Source: Candidatus Peribacteria bacterium (GTDB taxonomy: Bacteria; Patescibacteriota; Gracilibacteria; Peribacterales; Peribacteraceae). From it: a DNA stretch of 64,000 nucleotides. Position numbers and translations under genes: made by a program. Positions within the stretch are counted from its first letter, which is position 1. The number at the start of each line of letters is the position of its first letter. Of the stretch, positions 26,753 through 37,064 are shown piece by piece. The DNA is taken from positions 9,595-73,594 of the forward strand of contig JAQBQQ010000006.1 in assembly GCA_028286915.1 (NCBI GenBank), given 5' to 3'. Under the pieces are notes generated by a model. It saw nothing but the letters and a program-made list of their open reading frames with translations, was not told the origin of the DNA and did no database searches.

Positions 26753-29059
26753 TTAGAGTGGCATATCAAATGTCACATCGCCCAGCATTTCGCGTAGCTT
26801 CTGGTTGGTAGGAAGAGAATCGGCATCGGCGGTTCGCTGTTCCCAGACGCCGCGCAATTTTTCCAGATAGTCTTTTTCATCTCCCAGGCGCTCAATGTAC
26901 GGCATGGCTGTCTCGTGGAAACGGCTCTCTCTGGCATTGCCGAGCAATGCATAGACAGATGTCACAAAGGCATCTTCGCCGCCCGTTACTTCTTTGCGCA
27001 CTTCATCCAAAACAGTATTAAGAATACTTTCATCATCCAGGCCTGCCAGAAATTTTAAATCCTCAGCTGATGCGGATGGGAAATAGTGGTTTACTCCCAT
27101 GCGCCGCAAGCTGCACGGCAGTTGAAAATCCGCAATCACGTCGGCCACCTGGGTTGCCAGACCGCCTTCGCTGTGGTGATCTTCCACGACAATAAGATGC
27201 ATGGTTTCCATGGCGGCCTGAATAACTGCCGATGCATCCAGCGGACGAATACAGCCGACATTCAAAACACGGGCACGAATTTTTTCTTCCTCCCACAGGC
27301 GATCTGCCGCTTTCACAGCATCATGAACAGAAATGCCGGTCGCAATAATGGTTGCATGATCTGTAAAATCACCCGCGCCGCGGACGATATCGGCTTTGCC
27401 GTCAAATATATAGTCCGCCTGGTATATAAGCTCGCCAGCCGGGTCTTTTAGCTGTTCATGCCCGGAACGAGCCGAGAATACATACACGCTCTGGCGTCCC
27501 TCCGCTACATGCTCCAGGCCGCGCTCGGCCATGGCCGCCGCCTGGTTGCTGTCTGCCGGCATCCAGACCTGGGTATTATCAAATGGAATATTCAGGTAAT
27601 TACGTTCCTGATGCGTCTCGCCATCTTCACCGACGCTCAGTCCGCTATGCGTGCAGTCGTGCAGCACGGCGCACGGCGTATGTCGTGCGTTAATATCAAT
27701 CAAACGGGCATTGGCGCGGGCTTCATTGGTACCAAAAGCGGCAAATGTATACGTAACAGGCAGCAGACCGGCTTGTCTTAGGCCGGCAGCCATCATGTAC
27801 ATATTCGCCTCGGCAGCGCCGCAGTTTATAATCCGGTTCGGAAATGTCTTCTCCACTTTGTCGAAACCGCCGGAGGAAGCAAGGTCGCCGTGCAGCACAA
27901 TAATGCGCTCATCCGTTTTCATGAGGTTCAAAATATGGGTCGCTCCGAAATCCTTACGAGCAGCGCCTTTCTCCGCCGTAATGCTTCGCGGACATGTCAG
28001 GAGCGGCGCCAACGGCGTGCGATCCATAGGTACATGGCTGGCAATAAATAACTGCCGGTATGGTTCGTACTCTTTTACCAGTAGGTCCAGCGATGGAATT
28101 TTTTGCAATTCCGTTTCGGCCAGTTCTTTCTTCATGGGTGCACCGTGGTACTCGGCCGAGCCGGCATTGGCGGCGTCTTCCATTGTCTTCACGCCGTAGC
28201 CCATAGTGGTGTAATAACACAGGAAAATCGGCTTTCCTTTGCCAATAAGCCCCTGGGCATATTCCAGTGCCGCTTCCACCTGGCCGGGGTCATTCCCATT
28301 CTGCACTTCAATTACGGCCCAGCCCATAGCCTGGAAAATAGACGCCAAATCAGCTGCTGCCACTTTAGACGGCAGATCACTCAATTGAATGTCATTCACA
28401 TCGGCATGCAGCATGAGGTGATCAAGGCCCAGTTTGGAAGCAACGCGGGCCGCTTCCATAACCTGTCCTTCCTGCGAATCACCGTCGCCCATCATCACGT
28501 CCACGATGCCGTTTTTATTCTGCATCTTCCAGCCGAGTGCAAAACCAACGGCGTTACTTAGGCCTTTTCCAAGCGGCCCGAAGCCAAAGGGAATATCGCC
28601 CACGCCGGATTCCACATGCCCCGGCAAGCCGTCCGCCACGCGGAATGAATCAATAATTGCCTGCGGAGATGCCAGACGCTTGTCATCCAAACCTCTGCCG
28701 CCAAGCCACTGCAGACCATAACCCAATAATGAAAGGTGACCGGCGCTCATGCGCAATGCGGCATCCTTTTTGGAATCACGCTTGCGGAGAATTCCGTAGC
28801 AGAACGTAAATGCCGAGAGCGGCCCGCCCGGGTGACCGGATGCGTGCTTTAATGGCGCCTGAATGCACAAGTGTTTCATAATATTATGTGCCAGTTCATA
28901 GGCATGCAGATCTTCCTGGCGCAGCTTCAAGGCATCATCAGGCCCAATCCATACGCTGTCCACTTTGGATTCAGCGGCAAAAATACGCTGGACGGACTTC
29001 GGAACTATGGACAGGTCTTTACCGATGAGAGACTCTTTGGACGGGCGGGTTGTTGGCAT
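26753..29059 (-). CDS. tkt: Transketolase with N- and C-terminal extensions
   Basis: SGHPGG, SAGH, PGH, GPLG.GL, GDGDSQEG (TPP), HG, G.AE.NM, GEDG.THQ, EDH...GGL. Confidence 0.9.
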   Translation of the reverse strand: MPTTRPSKESLIGKDLSIVPKSVQRIFAAESKVDSVWIGPDDALKLRQEDLHAYELAHNIMKHLCIQAPLKHASGHPGGPLSAFTFCYGILRKRDSKKDAALRMSAGHLSLLGYGLQWLGGRGLDDKRLASPQAIIDSFRVADGLPGHVESGVGDIPFGFGPLGKGLSNAVGFALGWKMQNKNGIVDVMMGDGDSQEGQVMEAARVASKLGLDHLMLHADVNDIQLSDLPSKVAAADLASIFQAMGWAVIEVQNGNDPGQVEAALEYAQGLIGKGKPIFLCYYTTMGYGVKTMEDAANAGSAEYHGAPMKKELAETELQKIPSLDLLVKEYEPYRQLFIASHVPMDRTPLAPLLTCPRSITAEKGAARKDFGATHILNLMKTDERIIVLHGDLASSGGFDKVEKTFPNRIINCGAAEANMYMMAAGLRQAGLLPVTYTFAAFGTNEARANARLIDINARHTPCAVLHDCTHSGLSVGEDGETHQERNYLNIPFDNTQVWMPADSNQAAAMAERGLEHVAEGRQSVYVFSARSGHEQLKDPAGELIYQADYIFDGKADIVRGAGDFTDHATIIATGISVHDAVKAADRLWEEEKIRARVLNVGCIRPLDASAVIQAAMETMHLIVVEDHHSEGGLATQVADVIADFQLPCSLRRMGVNHYFPSASAEDLKFLAGLDDESILNTVLDEVRKEVTGGEDAFVTSVYALLGNARESRFHETAMPYIERLGDEKDYLEKLRGVWEQRTADADSLPTNQKLREMLGDVTFDMPL

Positions 29060-29293
29060 AGTAAAAAGAGTGTAAAGCCGAATGAATGCGGGGTAAAGAC
29101 AAGCATCGGCTGTATTTTGATCAGTACGTGCTGAATTTTTAGGCAATTCATTTCAGTGTATATGGCGCTGTCACTTTCTTTTTATCGTTTTGTCATTTTT
29201 TCATCCAGCGCAAACTGGCAAGTTTCTTTATTTTTGATTCAAAGGATACATCTGACAATCACTGAATACCGGCGTATGAATGAAGCTGATTTT

Positions 29294-30106
29294 CTATTTT
29301 TGTTTCACGATCATCATAACCTTTTTTCCTTGCTCTATATTTTCATTCTGCATATTCCAGTCGTGAATGTTATTAAATAATTTTGCGTACGGGTATGCAT
29401 ATCCTTCACCGTGTCTGGTGCCGACATCGTTGGTTATAAAATTCTTTTTATCGTACCCGGTAATGACCAGCATGTGGTACCACGGGCCCTGGCCGCTATA
29501 GTACGGGTTGCCAATCCTGCGTCCGGCCAGCGGAACAATAATCGGATGGCCTTCTGCCAATAGCTGTTTCATATCATCAATCGTAAATTCATAAAACAGT
29601 TCGGTGTCATAGCCATATTTCTTTTTAGCCACGTCACTCAGTTGCTCTATTTGTATGTCGGCACTGTAGCCGAAATCATCATTCTCTATTTTTATCAGAT
29701 CCAAAATTTCCTTATCCATCTCGGCTGGCGAAATGGATTTGTGGGCAAGGAAATGATGTACCAAGACAAGCGATGCTTCTTCGCAGGCTTCCGCATAGGG
29801 CATGCTCCATCTGCCCGTGGGCGCTTGCGTGGCAAAAGGAACCTGAATACGGATAGAAGAAGGCAGTGCGGCTATGGAGGAAGCAGATGAACCCGCGGGC
29901 GTCTGCAAAAATTCATCAACCGTTGTAGCTGAACCGGTTCCGGTATTGGTTATATTCTGCACGGCCCTGGTTGTCTGTTGGACAAGCGGATAATCATACA
30001 ACACTTTCTGTACGTATGGATGAAGCCTGAAAAAAATGCCGATGCCAATGCCTGCAAGAACAATGAAGCCAAAAACGAACGGCCGGATTTTTATTGTACG
30101 ATGCAT
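29294..30106 (-). CDS. Peptidase C39-like family protein
   Basis: VPF..QAP, EACEEAS, G.PIIV, YHMLVI.GYD, NDVG; N-terminal TM. Confidence 0.85.
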   Translation of the reverse strand: MHRTIKIRPFVFGFIVLAGIGIGIFFRLHPYVQKVLYDYPLVQQTTRAVQNITNTGTGSATTVDEFLQTPAGSSASSIAALPSSIRIQVPFATQAPTGRWSMPYAEACEEASLVLVHHFLAHKSISPAEMDKEILDLIKIENDDFGYSADIQIEQLSDVAKKKYGYDTELFYEFTIDDMKQLLAEGHPIIVPLAGRRIGNPYYSGQGPWYHMLVITGYDKKNFITNDVGTRHGEGYAYPYAKLFNNIHDWNMQNENIEQGKKVMMIVKQK

Positions 30107-30239
30107 TGTCATTATAGTGCTAAGAGGCTGATAATTGTGGGCGTACTTATGCAGGCAATCAATCGGAAAAACATGAAAAGAATAGAATTAAGTGAATTAT
30201 TGAGTATACTTGCCACTGGTATTTCTTCCTCCATTTCTT

Positions 30240-31247
30240 ATGCGAACATCATTCATGGCAGGAGCGCTTGTGTTCATCGTTCCACTGGCAACAAGTGCTG
30301 CCATGCCAAGCTTGCCAGGCAGCGAACAAACGCGCCCGGGTTTTACCGATGTTCCCGGAGATGCATGGTATGCCAGCTATATTGAGGCGGCGGCGAACAT
30401 AGGTATTGTTGCGGGTTATACCGATTCCAAAGGTCATGCAACCGGCAGGTTCGGACCCGGTGACAAAGTAACCATCGCGCAGGCATTAAAGATCGCCATT
30501 AACGGCTCGGGCAAGAGTATTAAACAGGGAAGCGGCAATTATTGGTCGCTGCCTTTTCTTAACTATGCCCACACTAATAATTTTGCGGTTGTAAACGTAT
30601 CCGGCAGGCTGGACGAGAACCGGCCGGCCACGCGCGCGCAGGTAGCATCTATTGTTGCTGATGCTTTTAAGGCAGATGAAAAAAATGCACTCACGAATAT
30701 ATATAGCGATGTCACTGCCAAAACCGAGTTTATTGCAGCTATCGAAGCCCTGTCGCGTGACGCAGTTGTTTCCGGTGATACCAACGCCTCCGGCCAGGCT
30801 ACCGGACATTTCCGCCCCGGCGATTCCATTGTTCGCGCCGAAGTGGTAAAAATGATGATGAAAGCGCGGGAGAAATACATGGGAATAGCGACGCCAGCTG
30901 CTGCTTCCTCTTCTTCACAGAGTGTCATTTCTTCATCTTCCAATAGTTCGGCAGACGCCTCCTCCAGGGCCGCTACGGGCGCCACTGTGGCATACACCGA
31001 TAAGGGATTTTCTCCCGGCACGATAGAAGTAACAGCCGGCAGCAGCGTCACATTCCAGAATAATAGCACCAAGGCGCTTCTCGTCGCTTCAGACCCGCAC
31101 CCCGTCCATACCGACGACCTGGAATTAAATGCACAAAATTCCATAAAAGCCGGGGAAAGTGTTTTGCTGACACTTACTAAAAAAGGCACATTTGGTTTTC
31201 ATAATCACTTTATTCCGGCGGATCGTGGTACAATCACTATCAAATAG
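30240..31247 (+). CDS. SLH domain protein with C-terminal cupredoxin-like domain
   Basis: FTDV..DAWY, TRAQVA, RAEVVKM; GFSP..I.V..G..V.F.N, SDPHPVH, G.FGFHNH. Confidence 0.85.
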   Translation: MRTSFMAGALVFIVPLATSAAMPSLPGSEQTRPGFTDVPGDAWYASYIEAAANIGIVAGYTDSKGHATGRFGPGDKVTIAQALKIAINGSGKSIKQGSGNYWSLPFLNYAHTNNFAVVNVSGRLDENRPATRAQVASIVADAFKADEKNALTNIYSDVTAKTEFIAAIEALSRDAVVSGDTNASGQATGHFRPGDSIVRAEVVKMMMKAREKYMGIATPAAASSSSQSVISSSSNSSADASSRAATGATVAYTDKGFSPGTIEVTAGSSVTFQNNSTKALLVASDPHPVHTDDLELNAQNSIKAGESVLLTLTKKGTFGFHNHFIPADRGTITIK

Positions 31248-31277
31248 CACGGCATTTACTTTTCTTCCCTTCGCTTT

Positions 31278-31928
31278 ATGAAATTATTTATGGATACCGC
31301 CAACGTAGCACAGGTAGCCGAAGTGGCTGGCTGGGGTATATTGGACGGCGTTACCACCAATCCAAGCCTGGTCGCGAAAGAAGGGAAAGATTTCCAGCAG
31401 ACAGTACTGGAAATGTGCAAGCATGTGCCGAATGTAAGCGCTCAGGTGACTGCCACTGATTTCGAAGGCATGAAAAAACAAGGCGATGAATATGCCGGCT
31501 GGCATAAAAATATTGTCGTCAAAGTTCCAATGACCGTAGAAGGCCTTAAGGCACTCACTTATTTTAAGTCAAAAAATATCCGCACGAATACGACGCTCAT
31601 TTTCTCCGTTCCTCAGGCCATTCTGGCTGCCAAGGCCGGTGCATCCATCATCAGCCCGTTCATCGGTCGCCTGGATGATGCGGGCGAGGACGGCATGGCT
31701 CTTATTGAAGAAATCATGGACGTCTGGATGAATTATGATTTTGAGACGGAGGTACTTGTCGCATCCACCCGTCATCCGCGGCATATTGTGGATGCGGCGC
31801 GGCTGGGAGCCCACATCGCCACCATGCCGTATGACCTTTTCAAAAAGCTGCCATTGCATCCGTTAACGGATAGCGGACTTAAGAAATTCCAGGAAGACTG
31901 GGAGAAGGTTCAGCCAAAAGCCGCATGA
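31278..31928 (+). CDS. tal: Transaldolase / fructose-6-phosphate aldolase (short type)
   Basis: DTAN, GVTTNPSL, VVKVPMT.EG, N.TLIFS..QA, SPFIGRLDD. Confidence 0.93.
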   Translation: MKLFMDTANVAQVAEVAGWGILDGVTTNPSLVAKEGKDFQQTVLEMCKHVPNVSAQVTATDFEGMKKQGDEYAGWHKNIVVKVPMTVEGLKALTYFKSKNIRTNTTLIFSVPQAILAAKAGASIISPFIGRLDDAGEDGMALIEEIMDVWMNYDFETEVLVASTRHPRHIVDAARLGAHIATMPYDLFKKLPLHPLTDSGLKKFQEDWEKVQPKAA

Positions 31929-32092
31929 GTGACGTAGCACTCTTAAGGGGTTTCCTGCTCATCTTTTGTCTGGCTGGCATTGGTGCGTATGTGTATTTTC
32001 TGTCTTTCAAAGGTTTGTCCTGTACCAATGTATCGGACTGCAGCCCGATTGGCCTGGTTGGATTGCAGTGCACCAATGGCCGGTGTCAGTAA
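31925..32092 (+). CDS. 55-aa TM-anchored Cys-rich microprotein (not in ORF track)
   Basis: ATGA overlap with the tal stop; MSDVALLRGFLLIFCLAGIGAYVYFLSFKGLSCTNVSDCSPIGLVGLQCTNGRCQ. Confidence 0.7.
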   Translation: MSDVALLRGFLLIFCLAGIGAYVYFLSFKGLSCTNVSDCSPIGLVGLQCTNGRCQ

Positions 32093-32179
32093 ATTGAAAA
32101 ACTGCATGACAGTGCCTCTGTGCATTTCATATGAAGCCTTGGAATGTACATTTGTATTTTGTTCGTTAAGATGGTGAGC

Positions 32180-33580
32180 ATGAAACATCTTGGATTAATC
32201 GGGCTCGGAACAATGGGTGCAAATTTAGCTCGTAATGCTGCACGGAACGATGCAACTGTCGCCGTCTATAACCGGACAACGGCAAGGACGGATGAGTTTA
32301 TACATGCGTACGCATCCGAAGGAGCGTTTATCGGCTGCCATACCTATGAAGAATTGGTACAAGCTTTACCTCAGCCAAGAGCGATTTTGCTTATGGTAAA
32401 AGCCGGGCCGCCGGTAGATACGGTGATCGAAGATTTGTTGCCGCTTCTTTCCAAAGGAGACATGCTTATTGATGGTGGAAACAGCCACTACAAAGACACC
32501 AGCCGTCGCGAACAGTATCTGGCGGAGAAGGGGATTCATTTTGTAGGCATGGGCGTGAGCGGCGGCGAAGAAGGCGCCTTGCACGGCCCCAGCATGATGC
32601 CGGGCGGGTCAAAAGAATCTTATAAAGCACTGGAACCGCTGTTAAAAGAAATGGCCGCCGATGACGGCGATGGCGGAAAGTGCGTTACGCATGTCGGCCC
32701 CGGCGGTGCCGGTCATTTCGTAAAGATGGTTCATAACGGCATCGAATATGGCATTATGCAACTCATCGCCGAAAGTTATGACATGCTGCGCAAGCTGGGC
32801 GGCCACTCCAATGCCGAGTTGGCGGAAATCTACGCCAAGTGGAATGCCAGCGAAGAACTTCATTCGTTTCTTGTGGAAATTACCGCGAAGATCTTTACGG
32901 TAAAAGATGAAGAGACCGGGGAGGATTTAATTGATGTTATCAAAGATGCTGCCGGCCAAAAAGGAACCGGCCGCTGGACTACCGAAGCTGCCATGCAGTA
33001 TGGCGTAGCCATTCCCACCATTAATGCAGCTGTAGATGCGCGTATTTTTTCGGCAGATACGGAGTTGCGGTCGGCGGTACGCGGCACATTGCCACAGGTA
33101 ATGCTAAGAGCGGATGAACCGGAATACAATGCCGATGATATAAAGCAGGCGTTGTTGCTGGGCAGTATGAACTGCTACACGCAGGGTTTTCTTTTAATAG
33201 AAAAGGCCAGCCGTGCGGAGCAATGGAATGTGAGCCTCAGCGAAATTGCGCGCATATGGAAGGGCGGCTGCATTATCCGCTCGAATCTTTTGAAAGAGTA
33301 TCAGGCACTGTATGGGCCAGACCCTAAAGCGCAGGAAGCAGCGAAGGAGAAAATAAACGAATACCTCATGGAAGGGCAACCCGGCTGGCGCCAGGTAGTG
33401 GCCGAAGCCATGCACAACGGCATTCCTGTCCCGGCCATGGCAGCCAGCCTTTCCTACTTCGACTCACTGTGCGCCGAAGATCTTCCGACAAATCTGATTC
33501 AGGCCCAGCGCGATTTTTTTGGCGCTCATAGCTTTGAGCGAACGGATAAAGAGGGAAGCTTCCATGCCGAGTGGCAATAG
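32180..33580 (+). CDS. gndA: 6-phosphogluconate dehydrogenase, decarboxylating
   Basis: GLGTMG.NLA, YNRT, DGGNS, GVSGGEEGA, KMVHNGIEY, QKGTG, GCIIRS, QAQRDFFGAH. Confidence 0.97.
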   Translation: MKHLGLIGLGTMGANLARNAARNDATVAVYNRTTARTDEFIHAYASEGAFIGCHTYEELVQALPQPRAILLMVKAGPPVDTVIEDLLPLLSKGDMLIDGGNSHYKDTSRREQYLAEKGIHFVGMGVSGGEEGALHGPSMMPGGSKESYKALEPLLKEMAADDGDGGKCVTHVGPGGAGHFVKMVHNGIEYGIMQLIAESYDMLRKLGGHSNAELAEIYAKWNASEELHSFLVEITAKIFTVKDEETGEDLIDVIKDAAGQKGTGRWTTEAAMQYGVAIPTINAAVDARIFSADTELRSAVRGTLPQVMLRADEPEYNADDIKQALLLGSMNCYTQGFLLIEKASRAEQWNVSLSEIARIWKGGCIIRSNLLKEYQALYGPDPKAQEAAKEKINEYLMEGQPGWRQVVAEAMHNGIPVPAMAASLSYFDSLCAEDLPTNLIQAQRDFFGAHSFERTDKEGSFHAEWQ

Positions 33581-33787
33581 ATGTGGCGCTATCGCTTCGT
33601 TTTCAGCGTTTTTTCATCATTCTATCCAGCGAGAGCGGGTCATAGTCCGCTCTGATTTCCAGTCGTTGCCAGACGTATTTTTTGAATCAGTGATAAAAAA
33701 TTACAGGCTCTCGCTGGATGGGAAACTAACAACAAACGAGCAAGTGAGCGAAGCGCCCAAATTACATATCACTTTAACAGCACGTTC

Positions 33788-34657
33788 TTATAGCGTAGTC
33801 AGCAAAGCCGCCCCCAGAGTTCCGGGGTGCTCCAGTGTCTGCATGGCCAGCTCCGGCAGAGGAGCATTGGGAATCGCCCATTCCTGCATATCTTTTCTCA
33901 CTGATGGCAAATGCGGCTCCAGTGCTTTTCCGGTGCTGCCGCCAAAAATAATAATCGATGGGTTTAGAAGATACGTCAAGTTGAGGCATAACCACGCAAC
34001 CTCGCGGAAAAAGTCCGGGTGCATAAAGGAGCAAACCTCGCCGTCCAGGTAATCTTCCGGTCGCTTTGCCTCACGGCAGCGGCGGCCGAGTGCGGTACCG
34101 GAAATGAATTGTTCCACTTCGCCTCTGGCATCAGCAGTAAGATACGGTGGTTTGCCGGGTATTAATAACATATGTCCGATTTCGGCAGCACTGCCCATGG
34201 CGCCATGAAAGATTTTCTGGTCAATAATAATGCCGCCACCCACACCCGTGCCAAGCGTGATTCCCACAATAACTTTGTGCCCTTTGCCGCTACCCAGCAT
34301 TGCTTCGGACAAGGCAAAAGCGTTGGCGTCATTATCCACTGCCACAGGGAGCTTTAGGGCTTCTTCCAGAATTTTCTTGATTTCAAAATTATGGGAACCG
34401 GGCAGGTTGGGTGCGTTCATGAGGTATCCTTCCGGCTGCTTAAGGAGGCCGGGAATACCAATGCCAACGGCTTTCGTCTCGGGCGTGCGGATTTGACTTA
34501 TACGCTCCACCATATCCTGTATCACTTTTTCAAAGCCCTGTTCGGCATTGGTAAAGAAGCGCTCGTAGGCTTGCTGCTCAAACGTCTGATTGTCAAAACG
34601 TCCAATGGCGCTTTTCGTTCCGCCGAGATCGAATCCAATAACAGAGCCGGGTGTCAT
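33788..34657 (-). CDS. ROK family sugar kinase (glucokinase-like)
   Basis: DLGGT, NDANAFAL.E, TLGTGVGGG, EIGH, LGAA. Confidence 0.92.
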   Translation of the reverse strand: MTPGSVIGFDLGGTKSAIGRFDNQTFEQQAYERFFTNAEQGFEKVIQDMVERISQIRTPETKAVGIGIPGLLKQPEGYLMNAPNLPGSHNFEIKKILEEALKLPVAVDNDANAFALSEAMLGSGKGHKVIVGITLGTGVGGGIIIDQKIFHGAMGSAAEIGHMLLIPGKPPYLTADARGEVEQFISGTALGRRCREAKRPEDYLDGEVCSFMHPDFFREVAWLCLNLTYLLNPSIIIFGGSTGKALEPHLPSVRKDMQEWAIPNAPLPELAMQTLEHPGTLGAALLTTL

Positions 34658-34778
34658 AATAGGCTGGGGATAAAATAATGTATTTCCACCCACAGCGTAG
34701 CACGCCCGGGAAAAATATGAAGATCCAACTTGCCGTCCGTGTTGGAACACTATATAAAGAGGTGTAGAATATGGGGCC

Positions 34779-35354
34779 TTGACCAGAATTACTTCTCACC
34801 ACGTCATGAGCACATCCCAGGAGTATCAGGAAAGCATCGAAAAGCAGTTTGAAGAAGCATATGAAAAATATTCTGATGCAATCTTCCGACATTGCTACTT
34901 CCGCGTGTTTGACCGTGAGCAAGGTAAGGAACTTATGCAGGAAGCGTTCATGCGTGCCTGGACATATTTAGCCGACGGAAAAACCGTGGATAACATGCGG
35001 GCGTTTTTATATCGCATCGCTAATAACCTTATCATCGATTACGTCAGAAAAAAGAAAGAAATTTCGCTGGATGATTTACAGATGAAAGGAATTGACCCCG
35101 GCTACGACGCCACGGCCGAAATGCAGCGTCGCGTGGATGAGTCATCCATTATGGCCAATCTGGTATACCTGGAAAAGGATTACCGCGAGGCATTGGTTAT
35201 GCGATACATCGACGGATTGTCACCGGCCGAAATTGCCCAGGTACTTGGTGAGTCCGCCAATACGATTTCCGTTCGTCTGCACAGAGGGCTAAAGCAACTG
35301 CGTTCACACTTGAATAAAGGCGACACGGGCAGCACGCACATACCCTCAGCCTGA
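34779..35354 (+). CDS. ECF sigma factor
   Basis: Y...IFR....RV, QEAF.RAW, FLYRIA.N.IID..RK, region 4 EIAQ.LG.S..T..VRLHRG; start TTG 34779 or ATG 34806. Confidence 0.92.
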   Translation: MTRITSHHVMSTSQEYQESIEKQFEEAYEKYSDAIFRHCYFRVFDREQGKELMQEAFMRAWTYLADGKTVDNMRAFLYRIANNLIIDYVRKKKEISLDDLQMKGIDPGYDATAEMQRRVDESSIMANLVYLEKDYREALVMRYIDGLSPAEIAQVLGESANTISVRLHRGLKQLRSHLNKGDTGSTHIPSA

Positions 35355-35427
35355 CATTAAGCGCGTACACGGCAACTTTGCTCCAGGCTGCTTGTAATGC
35401 TCCGGGTTCTAGTGCGTCATAGAAAAC

Positions 35428-35700
35428 ATGAACACATTCTCTGTATTTGATGGCATGACAGCGGCAAGTCTTTTTACGCTCAACAAAGAAGAACGGGCAG
35501 TTATTTTTGATCGCATTCGGGATTTTATGAGGTTATATCCGTATCAGACGGAGAAAGATATCCAGACAAGTTTTCGGTACCGTGACAACTTCTACCCGGC
35601 CGAAAGACAGGCAGAAACGGTTACCGTCATTCAATCCTGTTCGCGTTTTACAGATTTCGTCCGCCTTTCCCTCCCGAACCATGACTACATCTCGCATTAG
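35428..35700 (+). CDS. Hypothetical protein
   Basis: ORF directly downstream of the ECF sigma. Confidence 0.45.
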   Translation: MNTFSVFDGMTAASLFTLNKEERAVIFDRIRDFMRLYPYQTEKDIQTSFRYRDNFYPAERQAETVTVIQSCSRFTDFVRLSLPNHDYISH

Positions 35701-35914
35701 CCGCTCCGCCAGACCGACGGCATATCAATGGAGCAAAAATCCCATGGCAAAGATGGACATGAAAAATATATTGCCATTTCTGCCAATGGCTTTACCAATT
35801 ATAGGCAGGTTATGGCGACGCGGCTCCCGACGAAGTTTTTCTGTCTCGGCCGCCATGTCCATGGCGGCTATATTTTTTCTGGAACAATTTTTATTTCGCC
35901 GCCGTAAAACATAA
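35681..35914 (+). CDS. Hypothetical basic amphipathic small protein
   Basis: MTTSRISRS...LPFLPMALPIIGRLWRR...FLFRRRKT. Confidence 0.45.
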   Translation: MTTSRISRSARPTAYQWSKNPMAKMDMKNILPFLPMALPIIGRLWRRGSRRSFSVSAAMSMAAIFFLEQFLFRRRKT

Positions 35915-35928
35915 CTATTTTTTCAATA

Positions 35929-37005
35929 ATGCCTGATACTGACAATCAGCATCGGCTTAAAAATTTTATGAAAAAGCAACGGGAAACACTTATGCGCAAT
36001 GGCCGGTTGTTCTATGTCACGGCTGTCATTATATTTCTGGGCGCACTGGGCATAGCAGCCAGCGCGCCGCTGCGAAGTCTGGCTCAAATGAATACTGATT
36101 TTCCTTTGTATGTAACAAACGGACAACGATACAGCTCTTCATTCTACCTGCCTGGAAATTCCACTTCATCCGACCGCATCGCTCTTTGCAGTAGTCTCCA
36201 GTCTTTATGCCAGACGGAAAAATCCACAACTGCATCGCTACAGTCGCTGGCTGTGCGTTACGGTATTACCGATACCATACAAGCCGGCTCCGCCTGTCTG
36301 TGGCAAAATAAATATTGCTCGACAATTCAAACGAGTTGCCCTGTGCAAGGCGTTGTCTGTGGCGTGGATAATAAGACCTATGCCAGTGTGTGCGAACTCA
36401 TCTCGCGCGGCGTGCAAATTGCAAAATGGGGTGCCTGTTCTGCGTATTTCAAGTCTTCCTCCTATTCGTACAGTTCGTTCTATTCATATTCGTCATTCAA
36501 TTATTCGTCTGCGCCAACCAGCTGCTCATCATCAGTACATGGTTCCTGTCGGAACGGCCTGGCGTGCCCTGCGGGAACTGCCTGTTCCGGTTTTCCGGAT
36601 TACATGTGTTACTCGCCGGCCTGTAGCCCGCTTGGTCCCATCCCAGGCGTTCCGCTTCTTCCGCCCCTAAACATCAACCCAAACCCGGCACAGTATAATG
36701 CGTCATCCTCATTGTTATGGAACAGCATTCATACTGATTGCGACGCATTATCCGGTCCGGTATGTGGTTCTGATACCAAGACATATGCCAACGAATGCGA
36801 TGCCAAAAGTAACGGCACAATCGTTCTGTATAACTCAGCCTGTGCGCCTGCCAGCCTGCCGGGCTATGACAATCAGGCGAATTGCGTCTGCAGTAACGTG
36901 TACGATCCGGTATGCGGCACCAATAACAATACGTATTCCAATGAATGTTTTGCCCGTTGCGCCGGACAGAGTGTTCAATCCAAAGGAGCCTGTTCCGCCT
37001 ATTGA
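35929..37005 (+). CDS. Cys-rich surface protein with three Kazal-type domains
   Basis: VCGVDNKTYASVC, PVCGSDTKTYANEC, PVCGTNNNTYSNEC...G.C. Confidence 0.88.
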   Translation: MPDTDNQHRLKNFMKKQRETLMRNGRLFYVTAVIIFLGALGIAASAPLRSLAQMNTDFPLYVTNGQRYSSSFYLPGNSTSSDRIALCSSLQSLCQTEKSTTASLQSLAVRYGITDTIQAGSACLWQNKYCSTIQTSCPVQGVVCGVDNKTYASVCELISRGVQIAKWGACSAYFKSSSYSYSSFYSYSSFNYSSAPTSCSSSVHGSCRNGLACPAGTACSGFPDYMCYSPACSPLGPIPGVPLLPPLNINPNPAQYNASSSLLWNSIHTDCDALSGPVCGSDTKTYANECDAKSNGTIVLYNSACAPASLPGYDNQANCVCSNVYDPVCGTNNNTYSNECFARCAGQSVQSKGACSAY

Positions 37006-37064
37006 TAAAACCCCTCCTGAAGATAAGAAGGGGTAATAAGGAAACTGCAGAGTACAAACCAAAA

